Source: a virus. From it: a stretch of DNA of 64,000 nt. Location of the stretch: positions 18,492 to 82,491 of the IMG/VR virus record IMGVR_UViG_3300007609_000010; one strand, written 5' to 3'. Below are positions 31,374 through 40,942 of the stretch, one piece after another. The translations under genes were made by a program, and so were the position numbers. The notes below the pieces were generated by a model that ran no database searches, was not told where the DNA came from, and worked only from the letters and a program-made list of their open reading frames with translations. Numbering within the stretch: position 1 is the stretch's first letter; every line of letters begins with the position of its first letter.

Positions 31374-32281
31374 GTGATAAAAAATTTAGAGTTGTAGATT
31401 ACGATATTATCTATCTTAGCTACGACGAGCCTAACGCAGAAAAAAACTATGCAGATCTGTTAACAAAAGTTCCATGGGCTAAAAGAATTCACGGAGTGAA
31501 AGGAAGTGACGCTGCACATAAAGCCTGTGCAGAAATATCAGAAACAGACAGGTTTATCACAGTAGATGGAGATAACATAGTACATGCTGATTTCTTAAAT
31601 GTTGAACTAGATTTCAGCGAGAACGAATATCTTGAAAAAGCTGTGATTTCTTGGTGCGGCAAAAATATCATTAATGATCTAATGTACGGTAACGGTGGAC
31701 TAAAATGCTGGCCTAGAGAATATGTACTCAGCATGCGTACACATGAAAATGCCGACCCTGATAACGCACACGCTCAAGTTGATTTCTGTTGGGATGTAGA
31801 GTACATTCAAATGAACGAATGTTTTTCTACAGTTTACAATAATGCTACGTCTCAGCAAGCATGGAGAGCAGGATTTCGTGAAGGTGTAAAAATGGCATTA
31901 AATCAGGGAGTAAAGCCCACAGTAGAGGAGTTTTACGAAAATCACTGGAGATGTTTACACTGGTTATATATTTGGATGATGGTAGGCTCGGACGTAGAGC
32001 ACGGTGATTGGGCAAATCTTGGTGCACGAGCAGGACTTTACAAGACAATGTGCACTGATTGGAATTATGTTCAGGTTAGAGATTTTGACTATTTAAACAA
32101 TCTATGGGACGAAGAATTTGTAGATTTTGAAGGTCATGAAGTGTACGACGAGAGTTGTAATTATACAAAATTACTTTCTCAAAACCTAAATATTCCTGTA
32201 GCGGATCCTCTATCCGCAGGACAAAGTAAATTTTTCAAAAGTGTTTATAAAAGTCCGCCTAGAATAGATAAAGGATTATAA
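31370..32281 (+). CDS. Putative GT-A fold glycosyltransferase/nucleotide-diphospho-sugar transferase
   Basis: 'YLSYDEPNA', 'FITVDGDN' (DxD), 'YGNGGLK', 'AWRAGFREG'; GTGA overlap with the upstream stop. Confidence 0.6.
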   Translation: MSDKKFRVVDYDIIYLSYDEPNAEKNYADLLTKVPWAKRIHGVKGSDAAHKACAEISETDRFITVDGDNIVHADFLNVELDFSENEYLEKAVISWCGKNIINDLMYGNGGLKCWPREYVLSMRTHENADPDNAHAQVDFCWDVEYIQMNECFSTVYNNATSQQAWRAGFREGVKMALNQGVKPTVEEFYENHWRCLHWLYIWMMVGSDVEHGDWANLGARAGLYKTMCTDWNYVQVRDFDYLNNLWDEEFVDFEGHEVYDESCNYTKLLSQNLNIPVADPLSAGQSKFFKSVYKSPPRIDKGL

Positions 32282-33702
32282 TGGACCTAGATAAAAAAGG
32301 TGACAAAGTTAAGCTTCTTAAAGGCAAGTTTCACTCTCAATATTTTGAAGATAGTAAAAATGTTCTGGATGAGCTCAACAAAATCAGTCCTAGCTTTTGT
32401 CTAGCAAAATGGTATAATGTAAGCATACATATTCCTTCGGGGAAAACTCACAGTTGTTATCATCCCCCTAGTCATGCTATCCCTATTGAAGAGTTACAAA
32501 AAAACTCTTCTGCACTTCATAATACCAAATATAAAAAAGAACAACGACAAAAAATGCTTCAAGGGGAGCGTCCAGAAGAATGCAGTTTTTGTTGGGATAT
32601 AGAAGATCAGGGTAATATAAGCGATAGAGCTTATAGGAGTCGAGATGTGTTTGACCCCGAGCTTATTCCTTTAGCACAAATAGAGGAAGATCCACAACCT
32701 CGTTATATGGAGGTAAACTTTAATCAAGCATGTAATCTTAAATGTGCATATTGCAGTCCTCATTTAAGCACAGAATGGTATAAAGAAGTTAAAAAGTTCG
32801 GCGGCTATGAACTTATAGGGCGCACACACAATGATCCTAGATGGGTAGACAGTTTAGGTATAGATAACTCGCCTGACAATCCCTATGTAAAAGCATTCTG
32901 GGATTGGTTTCCAGAAGTATATCCGACTCTAAAAACCTTCAGAATGACCGGCGGCGAACCATTAATGGATAAGAACACGTTTAAAGTCTTTGAATATGTT
33001 ATACAAAATCCTAATCCTAGTCTACACCTTAGCATAACAAGTAACTGTTGTCCTCCTAAAGGCCAATGGCAAACGTTTATGGAAAGACTAAAAGAGATTA
33101 CTGACAAAAATGCAATTGATCATTTCATGTTGTTTTGTAGTTTAGATTCCTGGGGGGAACAAGCCGAATATATTAGATCTGGGTTAGATTTTGAAGTGTT
33201 AAAACAAAATATACAACAGTATCTGACAGAAAGTAGTAAACACAGCATCACATTTATTATTACAGCAAACATTCTAAGTTTGCCTAACTGGATGGAATAT
33301 ATACGCAACATACACAGCCTAAGGTGTAATTTAAACACAGACAGACAACTGGTCTGGTTTGATACACCAATGCTACATGATCCAAATTGGATGAGCATGA
33401 AACTTGCAAGTGATGACGAGTTAAAGCCATTACTTGCCAGTATAGAATTTATGAAAGCGAATATAGAAACTTCGCACTGTCGGTATAAAGGGTTTAAAGA
33501 TTTTGAAATAGACAAAGTCCAAAGACTTTATGACTGGGCAAAGACGCCTATGAATAAAGAGGAAAAAACAATAGCAATGAAAAATTTCGATATATACTTT
33601 AAAGAACACGATCGTCGTAGAAATACTGATATTAGAAAAATGTTTCCTGAATTAAAAAATTTTATTATAGAGTGTGAGAATCTAAATGCAGAATGTAGAT
33701 AA
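32281..33702 (+). CDS. Radical SAM protein with N-terminal twitch-like Fe-S domain
   Basis: CNLKCAYC, TGGEP; N-terminal FC...SCYH...ECSFCW; C-terminal DRRRNTD...FPEL. Confidence 0.9.
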   Translation: MDLDKKGDKVKLLKGKFHSQYFEDSKNVLDELNKISPSFCLAKWYNVSIHIPSGKTHSCYHPPSHAIPIEELQKNSSALHNTKYKKEQRQKMLQGERPEECSFCWDIEDQGNISDRAYRSRDVFDPELIPLAQIEEDPQPRYMEVNFNQACNLKCAYCSPHLSTEWYKEVKKFGGYELIGRTHNDPRWVDSLGIDNSPDNPYVKAFWDWFPEVYPTLKTFRMTGGEPLMDKNTFKVFEYVIQNPNPSLHLSITSNCCPPKGQWQTFMERLKEITDKNAIDHFMLFCSLDSWGEQAEYIRSGLDFEVLKQNIQQYLTESSKHSITFIITANILSLPNWMEYIRNIHSLRCNLNTDRQLVWFDTPMLHDPNWMSMKLASDDELKPLLASIEFMKANIETSHCRYKGFKDFEIDKVQRLYDWAKTPMNKEEKTIAMKNFDIYFKEHDRRRNTDIRKMFPELKNFIIECENLNAECR

Positions 33703-35065
33703 TATAAAAAAAACTAGAGATCGATTAAACGACATTGGCCCGGGTATGTGTGCTATGAAGTGGTTACACGAAACACTATATCTGCACACTGGTGACAATC
33801 ACAGTTGCTATCATCCTAGACCCCATCATATTCCTGTGCACGAAGTCAAGGCCAATCCAAGTGCCCTTCATAATACTGAATGGAAAAAACAACAAAGAAA
33901 AATAATGTTGGAAGGCGGCCGGCCAGACGAATGTTACTATTGCTGGAATATTGAAGATTTAGAAGGTGAACATATATCAGATAGAATGATTCATAGTTCG
34001 AGTAATTTTGCAGTTAATGAAATCGAAAAACTAGGCAAAATGTCTTGGGACAAGGATATAAATCCTAAATATTTAGAAATTAGTTTTGGAAACGGGTGTA
34101 ATTATCGTTGCGGGTATTGTTGTCCCCAAGCTAGTACACTATGGATGGATGAAATTCAAAAGCATGGAAATTATGACTTGTCTTATAATCAATATGGCAT
34201 TGAATTCTTAGAAAGCGGCACGTATTATGGGCCCAAAGATGATAATCCTTACATAGAAGCTTTCTGGAAGTGGTGGCCAGATTTGCGTAAAGATTTATGG
34301 ACTTTACGAATCACAGGGGGAGAGCCTTTAATGAATCCAGGAGCAATGCAGTTTTTTGATCTGTTAGAAGACGAGCCTGCCCCTCAGCTAGAAATAAGTA
34401 TAAATTCAAACCTTGGTGTAACTGAAAATAAAGTCAGTAAGATGTATGATAGAGTAGAAAGTTTATTAGATCAAAAAAAGATTAAAAGTTTCAGTATGTT
34501 TACCAGTATCGAAGGGTGGGGCCCCCAGGCTGAGTATATGCGTACTGGATTACAATGTGACCACTGGGAAAAGAATTTTAAGCAAGCATTAGATAGAGGA
34601 TTCAAGGTTGGTATAATGTGTACTTTTAATGTGCTATGCGTTGCTACATATACAAATTTTTTGAATAGAGTAATTCACTGGCGGAAAGAACTCCTAGAGC
34701 AAGGCAAGGAACGGCTTCTGCAAATTGATATACCGTATCTAAAAGAACCTCCTCATTGGATGTTAAATATTTTACCGCAAGATTTTTTAGAAGAACACAT
34801 GGATAACAATTTACAGTTCATAATCGATCACAAAGAATTTTTTGCCGATGTAGAATTAGAAAAAATGCGCAGAGTAAGGGATTACGCATTTCAAAATCCT
34901 ATCTCCCAGGATAAGATATTGCAAGGAAGAAGAGATTTCTACAAATTCTTTTCAGAAAATGATCGCAGGTTAGATACAAACTTGTTAGAAACTTTTCCAG
35001 AATACACAGAATTTTATAACAGTTGCAAAGAATTAAATGAAAATGTTATAGCCCGAACAGTATGA
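33686..35065 (+). CDS. Radical SAM protein with N-terminal twitch-like domain (paralogue of 32281)
   Basis: CNYRCGYC, TGGEP; MC...SCYH...ECYYCW; shared ALHNT and NPY..AFW.W.P motifs. Confidence 0.9.
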   Translation: MQNVDNIKKTRDRLNDIGPGMCAMKWLHETLYLHTGDNHSCYHPRPHHIPVHEVKANPSALHNTEWKKQQRKIMLEGGRPDECYYCWNIEDLEGEHISDRMIHSSSNFAVNEIEKLGKMSWDKDINPKYLEISFGNGCNYRCGYCCPQASTLWMDEIQKHGNYDLSYNQYGIEFLESGTYYGPKDDNPYIEAFWKWWPDLRKDLWTLRITGGEPLMNPGAMQFFDLLEDEPAPQLEISINSNLGVTENKVSKMYDRVESLLDQKKIKSFSMFTSIEGWGPQAEYMRTGLQCDHWEKNFKQALDRGFKVGIMCTFNVLCVATYTNFLNRVIHWRKELLEQGKERLLQIDIPYLKEPPHWMLNILPQDFLEEHMDNNLQFIIDHKEFFADVELEKMRRVRDYAFQNPISQDKILQGRRDFYKFFSENDRRLDTNLLETFPEYTEFYNSCKELNENVIARTV

Positions 35066-35904
35066 AACAAATTAAAAAAATTATAGTAGGAGGTGATAGC
35101 TTTACAGCCGGCGACGAACTAGACGGAGATTTGCACATTCCGGGATATTCTGCAATAGTAAAAGATGGAGCAAACGAAAATGAAAGAAAAAATGCTTGGC
35201 AAAGATATAAGGAAAAGTTAAAAAAACTTTCTCGAGATGATAGTTTTAAGTATGATGATATTAGAAAAAACCGCGCTTGGCCAGCAATACTTTCCAAAAA
35301 AATAGGAATTACTGTTGAGAATACAGCCTCTCCTGGAGCATCTAATCAGGATATTTGTCACAGAATTCTTATGACAGTTATAAGAGAGCTTAATAAAGGC
35401 ACACCGTCAACTGAGTTAGCTTGTTTAATTATGATTACTCATCCATTGAGGTTCGGAGCACCTATTTCTCAAGATGCTGATTGGTCAAATGAATATAATT
35501 ACGAAACAATTCATTTTAATGGGTTAGAAAAACAAAGGAAAGAAAAGGCACAATTTGGAAAATATGTGTTAACTCACTATGATTATTATGATCTATTCTG
35601 GCATAGCTATTGCCACATACAAGGATTAAAAGGATTCTTAGATGCTCATAAAATTCCTGTGATGTTTTTTGACAGTAGTTTGTGGTCATGGGGAATTAAA
35701 GATCAAAGTACATATCATACTAACGATGAGAGACACGGATTAACTCATCTATGTGGAAATATTATAAATCCTAAGTTTAGACTCTCTGATCACAATATCA
35801 AACATCATGGGTTACCTGGTGGGCACTTTGTAGAAAAAGTTCATGAGTACTTTGCTAATAGATTACACAAGGAGCTATTTAATGGTATACGAAACTCTTC
35901 CTAA
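35062..35904 (+). CDS. SGNH/GDSL-like hydrolase or acyltransferase
   Basis: IIVGGDSFTAG (block I), AWP, N.ASPGASN (block II), C-terminal GGHF....H...A. Confidence 0.6.
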   Translation: MKQIKKIIVGGDSFTAGDELDGDLHIPGYSAIVKDGANENERKNAWQRYKEKLKKLSRDDSFKYDDIRKNRAWPAILSKKIGITVENTASPGASNQDICHRILMTVIRELNKGTPSTELACLIMITHPLRFGAPISQDADWSNEYNYETIHFNGLEKQRKEKAQFGKYVLTHYDYYDLFWHSYCHIQGLKGFLDAHKIPVMFFDSSLWSWGIKDQSTYHTNDERHGLTHLCGNIINPKFRLSDHNIKHHGLPGGHFVEKVHEYFANRLHKELFNGIRNSS

Positions 35905-36676
35905 AATAGAAACTCACAGCAATCTTTTTTTCACATACAAGCATTCAACTGAAAGTTTAGGTATAGCAGAATTTTCTAAGAATGATTTTAACTACAGATC
36001 TTTTGATTATTTGCCTAAAACTGTTGAAAATTTCTTCACCACAGGTATGCATTTACCTAATTACTTAGATATTATGGATAACGACCCAACAAAGTGGAGA
36101 GCAAATATTGAAAATTATGTAAAATTGGTATGGCTTGCTCGTGAATATATACAGGCTGATTATATATTTAAAAATCCTATTGGTGCTATATATAATCCGC
36201 CTAAGCAGATTTGGGAGATCCATCCCGGCGGATCTAGACAAATTGTTTATAAACTTTTTGGCCCTGATACTATCCTCGCTCTAGCCTTCAATACTAAAGG
36301 CAAATCTTGCCAATTTAAAAAAACATTTTCTAGCGAAGAGGAACTAAATGAATATTTTCCAAATACCGGCATATTTTTGGTAGTTTGTGCCGAGTGGGGA
36401 AGCTTAATACCCCATGTACATTTTGACCAAGGAAGGCTTACCAACAGTGTAAGAAAAGAATCCAAGCGAATTATTGATTTTTGGCAAACTACTAATGTGC
36501 AAGGAAACGTACCCGATTGGGTTTTAAAAAATAATAACAAAAATAAATCCAAAACATTAAAATTAAATTTAAAAAACCCAGATGATTTTGAAAATATCCT
36601 AAAAGGGTTAGTTTTATTGCCGAATTATGATTACTATAACGACCATGGAGTAAAAATTACAAATGTCGGTGCCTAA
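35882..36676 (+). CDS. Hypothetical protein (weak ParB/Srx-like motif)
   Basis: Start ATG 35882 follows an AAGGAG RBS; motif 'NPIG...WEIHPGGSR'. Confidence 0.6.
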   Translation: MVYETLPKIETHSNLFFTYKHSTESLGIAEFSKNDFNYRSFDYLPKTVENFFTTGMHLPNYLDIMDNDPTKWRANIENYVKLVWLAREYIQADYIFKNPIGAIYNPPKQIWEIHPGGSRQIVYKLFGPDTILALAFNTKGKSCQFKKTFSSEEELNEYFPNTGIFLVVCAEWGSLIPHVHFDQGRLTNSVRKESKRIIDFWQTTNVQGNVPDWVLKNNNKNKSKTLKLNLKNPDDFENILKGLVLLPNYDYYNDHGVKITNVGA

Positions 36677-37637
36677 ACTGGAACGAGCAGTCATAGAAGT
36701 ATTTGGCGGATGCAACTATACATGCCAAATGTGTCCTCAAACTACAGGTCGTGGCAAAGAGTGGACACGTAAGATGCCTTTGGATATGTTTGTAAACATT
36801 CTTGATCAACTACCAGGTAAGCCTGTAATTAATCTAGAAGGTTCGGGCGAACCCACAATGGCTAAAGACTTGCCTTTATACATTGCAGAGTGCACGAAGA
36901 GAGGACTTCCTAGTTTTATGTACACCAACGGCAGTTTCTTTAGTGGACACTTTATGCAAGATTGTGTTGACGCCGGCCTTACCTTTGCTCGGTTTAGTTG
37001 TATAGGTTACGACAGAGAAAAGTATAAAGAATGGATGGATGTTGATAACTTTGATCTATTAAAAACAAATGTAACAAAGGCCAAAGAATATATCAAACAA
37101 CAAGATGCAAAATGCACTTTATCAAGTTACCATTTGATATTAGATAACACACAAGTAGAATATGAAGTTGATCAGTATCGAAATAACTTTATAGGACCGA
37201 CCGGAGTGCTCGGTTATATTTGGAAAATGCATAACTGGAGCGGCAACTACCAGCCGTTATACGTTAGAGATCCTAGTCAGCGAAGAACATGCGGTAGACC
37301 TTTTGCTCCGGAGATTACTATTAGAAGCGGTGGCAACGGAGGACTTAAAGGAGCAGTCACTCCTTGTTGCCAAACAATGGGTCCACCGAACGAAAGTCTA
37401 AGTGTGCTCGGACATGCGGAAACACAAACCATCGAAGAAATATGGAATGGAACAGAATACCGCCAGCTTCGTAAAGCCCATGCCGAGAAAAACTTTGACA
37501 GCATCGAATACTGCAAGAATTGTGATTTCTTATACGAAGATCCCGAAGTGCTTGTATGGAGTAATGACCCGGCTGCTAGTACAGACTATATGCTCGGTAC
37601 ACAGTTTACTCTTAAAGATTATATGGAAGGACATTAA
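36663..37637 (+). CDS. Radical SAM/SPASM-twitch domain protein
   Basis: CNYTCQMC, GSGEP, YTNG; C-terminal TCGRPF...VTPCC...LG....TIEEIWNG...YCKNC. Confidence 0.9.
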   Translation: MSVPKLERAVIEVFGGCNYTCQMCPQTTGRGKEWTRKMPLDMFVNILDQLPGKPVINLEGSGEPTMAKDLPLYIAECTKRGLPSFMYTNGSFFSGHFMQDCVDAGLTFARFSCIGYDREKYKEWMDVDNFDLLKTNVTKAKEYIKQQDAKCTLSSYHLILDNTQVEYEVDQYRNNFIGPTGVLGYIWKMHNWSGNYQPLYVRDPSQRRTCGRPFAPEITIRSGGNGGLKGAVTPCCQTMGPPNESLSVLGHAETQTIEEIWNGTEYRQLRKAHAEKNFDSIEYCKNCDFLYEDPEVLVWSNDPAASTDYMLGTQFTLKDYMEGH

Positions 37638-37641
37638 TTGT

Positions 37642-38313
37642 ATGTATGATATAGCTTTCATATCGTATAATGAACCTAATGCAGAAGAAAATTGGATTAA
37701 TTTAAAGAGCAAATTCTCAAGAGCACAAAGAATTAACGGTGTTAAGGGAATACATCAAGCACATATCGCCGCCGCCAAAAAATGTTTTACTAAAATGTTT
37801 TGGGTTGTAGACGGCGATGCTGTTATACAAGACGATTTTAATTTTTCGCATATAGTTGATGACTTTGATATAGAAACAGTGCATGTTTGGCGGAGTATAA
37901 ATCCAATAAATGATTTAACATACGGTTATGGAGGCGTTAAATTACTTCCTAGAAAGTTAACGAAAAATATGAGAGTTGACAGTCCGGATATGACAACAAG
38001 CATTGGAAAGTATTTTAAACCAATGCAACAAATATCTAATATAACAGCTTTTAATACTGATCCCTTTAATACTTGGAAAAGTGCATTTAGAGAGTGTGCT
38101 AAACTTGCATCAAGAGCCATCGACAGACAAAATGAGGAAGAAACAAATCAGAGACTTAAAATCTGGACAACCGTAGGACACAACAGACCGTTTGGTGAAT
38201 ATGCTATTTTAGGAGCAACAGCAGGAAAAGCATACGGTGAAAATAATAGATTAAATATCTCTCTTATAAATGACTTCGATTGGCTAAAAGAAAAATTCGA
38301 TGCAACTTGTTAA
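37642..38313 (+). CDS. Putative GT-A fold glycosyltransferase (paralogue of 31370)
   Basis: True start is probably ATG 37642 (MYDIAFISYNEPNA). 'FWVVDGDA', 'YGYGGVK', 'WKSAFRECAK'. Confidence 0.65.
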   Translation: MYDIAFISYNEPNAEENWINLKSKFSRAQRINGVKGIHQAHIAAAKKCFTKMFWVVDGDAVIQDDFNFSHIVDDFDIETVHVWRSINPINDLTYGYGGVKLLPRKLTKNMRVDSPDMTTSIGKYFKPMQQISNITAFNTDPFNTWKSAFRECAKLASRAIDRQNEEETNQRLKIWTTVGHNRPFGEYAILGATAGKAYGENNRLNISLINDFDWLKEKFDATC

Positions 38314-39349
38314 AAATATAAAAACAGTTCATATAGAACTAACTGATAAGTGTCAAGCACAATGTCCTATGTGTGCTAGAAATTATCATGGCGGCGCAAC
38401 CAGACCGTTTATTAAAAATGGCGATATCGGCATTAACGATTTTAAATCTTGGTTTCCGCCTCAGTTCTTAGCTCAATTAGACAATTTCTATAGTTGTGGC
38501 AATTACGGTGACCCTGCATTTGCAAAAGACTGTTTGGAAATTTACTCTTATGTTAGATCCTGCAACCCAGGTGTAAGACTCGCTATACATACGAACGGCG
38601 GCATGCGAGATACAAAATGGTGGAAAAAATTAGCTGAGCAAAACGTTCAGGTGGTGTTTGCTGTTGACGGCTTTAAAGGAAAACATGAAATTTATAGACG
38701 CAACACTAATTTTGACAAAGTAATACAGAACTTAACAGCATTTATAGATGCAGGCGGAACGGCCCGTGTAGATAGTCTTGTGTTCGCACACAACGAACAT
38801 GACACAGAAGAACTAGAAAAGTTCCTGTTAGATTTAGGAGTAGAGCAGGTTAATTTTGTAAGCACAACTCGTTTCTATGAAATGGAAAAATTTCCTGTAC
38901 AAAATGAAAACGGTATTCATTTATATGACTTAGAACCTGCACAGCGGCAGGAATACAAAAAGACTCCTAACAGCAGGCTAGACGTTTTAGTAGACAAAAA
39001 AGTACGGGACACTGTGTTAGAAAATGCAGAAATAACGCCATTGTGCGAAACTGATCAAGGAATATATGTGGATCCTTATGGAAGTGTATTTCCTTGTTGC
39101 TGGATAGGTGGAGATTATTTAGAAACACCAGTTGAAGAACAACTTCCTATACATGTCCTTAGAAACCTCAGTGTACAAAATTCCAAAGACATAATGAATG
39201 CTGTAGGTATACCAAAATGTCAAGACGGAGTTTTAAACATTCCTAATCTAATGTTGTTTGAAACATTAAATTCTTACTGGGAAGGACAAAACAAATGTAT
39301 GACATGCGTAAAAGTGTGTTCTAAGGCGTTATACGATACAAGAAAATGA
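38300..39349 (+). CDS. Radical SAM/SPASM-twitch domain protein
   Basis: CQAQCPMC, CGNYGDP, HTNG; C-terminal C...YVDPYGSVFPCC...CMTCVKVC. Confidence 0.9.
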   Translation: MQLVKNIKTVHIELTDKCQAQCPMCARNYHGGATRPFIKNGDIGINDFKSWFPPQFLAQLDNFYSCGNYGDPAFAKDCLEIYSYVRSCNPGVRLAIHTNGGMRDTKWWKKLAEQNVQVVFAVDGFKGKHEIYRRNTNFDKVIQNLTAFIDAGGTARVDSLVFAHNEHDTEELEKFLLDLGVEQVNFVSTTRFYEMEKFPVQNENGIHLYDLEPAQRQEYKKTPNSRLDVLVDKKVRDTVLENAEITPLCETDQGIYVDPYGSVFPCCWIGGDYLETPVEEQLPIHVLRNLSVQNSKDIMNAVGIPKCQDGVLNIPNLMLFETLNSYWEGQNKCMTCVKVCSKALYDTRK

Positions 39350-40350
39350 CAGACTTTCAAAGCATTCCGTGGGACAATATAGTTCGATTTGGTCAGAAAA
39401 CCCTTCTAGATAATCGTCTTTTCACTGTCTCCTGGATAACCACAAGATATTGTAATTATAACTGCTCATACTGCTGGCCATACGCAAGATCTAGTGTCCC
39501 AGATAAGAAACCGCTAGAATTATACTTAAACACCATTGATAGTATCAAGGCACAGGCAAGAGCTAATGACTTTACAGACTTCCATTTTAGCTTCAGTGGC
39601 GGTGAACCGACGGCACTTAAAGGCTTTCTTGATGTTATCGAATATTATGCAAATGACACTGTCCCAGAATATCAAAGCATACATATGACATCAAATATTT
39701 CGCCGGGACCTAAGTGGTGGGATAGATGGTTGACCACTACACAAAGTCTACAACGTAGAAGTATAACTGCCAGTTTCCATGCCGAATACGCAGATGAAAC
39801 AGAGTTTGGTGATAAATGTCTTATGCTAGCAGATGCAGGAGTGTTTGTAACCGTAAACCAAGTTATGGTTCCTGGTATGTTTGACGAGTATTACAATAGA
39901 TGCCATAGACTTTCAGATAGAGGTATAAACGTCACGTTAAAGCCTCAAAGCGACCCTACAGCGAGTTTTATTGTGGACGGCTATACACAAGAACAGCGTG
40001 ACCTTATGCAAACAGGATTCCCTCAAATAATCCCCGATGAGTATAAAAAACTCATTCCTTTATATCAGGTCGAACTGGAAGATGATAAACATAATAAGTA
40101 TTATCTTGATCAAGCAGAAAGGTTTAACGCATTTGATTTTAATAAGTTCGAAGGATGGACTTGTAACGCAGGATACCAAGGGATAGTAATAAGAGACACA
40201 GAAGTAAAGAGAAGTTACAGTTGCGATGACGAGACCATTGGAACACTTGAAGATGGATTTAAGATATTTGACAAGCCTCGTAAATGTATAACAAAGTCCT
40301 GTGTAAGCTCTGCCGATAGTAAATTGCCAAAGGTAAAATATGAAAGTTGA
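39346..40350 (+). CDS. Radical SAM protein with C-terminal Cys cluster
   Basis: CNYNCSYC, SGGEPT; C-terminal FEGWTCNAG...SC...CITKSCVSSAD. Confidence 0.9.
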   Translation: MTDFQSIPWDNIVRFGQKTLLDNRLFTVSWITTRYCNYNCSYCWPYARSSVPDKKPLELYLNTIDSIKAQARANDFTDFHFSFSGGEPTALKGFLDVIEYYANDTVPEYQSIHMTSNISPGPKWWDRWLTTTQSLQRRSITASFHAEYADETEFGDKCLMLADAGVFVTVNQVMVPGMFDEYYNRCHRLSDRGINVTLKPQSDPTASFIVDGYTQEQRDLMQTGFPQIIPDEYKKLIPLYQVELEDDKHNKYYLDQAERFNAFDFNKFEGWTCNAGYQGIVIRDTEVKRSYSCDDETIGTLEDGFKIFDKPRKCITKSCVSSADSKLPKVKYES

Positions 40351-40942
40351 TATACAAGATGTGTTGTTCTGGATGGATGCAATCCGCAACAGTGACGATC
40401 GGTACCGAACACTGGAAAGTTTTTGGAAAGGGCAAGTTAATAGTAAGATTTGGTTGATTGAAAATCTACAGAAATTTCAAGACAAAAAATGGGAACACAT
40501 CGTTATTCACGGTGGCTGGAACGGTGTATTAGCCAGTCTTATCTTTAACAGCGATATACAAGTGGATAGAATAACCAGCGTGGACATAGATCCTGCTTGT
40601 GAAGAAACAGCATACACCGTCAATAAGAGGTACGAAATAGAGGGCAGATTTCGTGCAGTAACCGCAGACATGTGTAAACATGTAGAACAAGCAGATGTGA
40701 TTATAAATACAAGCTGTGAACATATTCCGCAACTGAATTACTATTATTGGCAGTATATTCAGCCTAACAGTTCTTTGTACGTTTTACAGAGCAACAATTA
40801 TTTTGATTTAGATGAACACATAAATTGTGCAGACAGTTTAGAAAATTTCGAACAGAAGGCAAATTTAGATATTATATTCTCAGATAAATTAGAATTGCCC
40901 AAATACGATCGTTATATGATTATAGGAAAACAGAATGTCTAA
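40340..40942 (+). CDS. Class I SAM-dependent methyltransferase
   Basis: IVIHGGWNG (motif I), SVDIDP (acidic motif II), TADM, INTSCEH. Confidence 0.7.
   Translation: MKVDIQDVLFWMDAIRNSDDRYRTLESFWKGQVNSKIWLIENLQKFQDKKWEHIVIHGGWNGVLASLIFNSDIQVDRITSVDIDPACEETAYTVNKRYEIEGRFRAVTADMCKHVEQADVIINTSCEHIPQLNYYYWQYIQPNSSLYVLQSNNYFDLDEHINCADSLENFEQKANLDIIFSDKLELPKYDRYMIIGKQNV

Noticed and set aside
37402-37641. N-terminal extension of the 303-aa ORF, and similar extensions at 35843, 45076, 47121, 48224, 58342, 62200 and 62934
   Set aside because: These overlap neighbouring genes. Paralogue alignment, RBS position or stop/start coupling supports the downstream starts used here.
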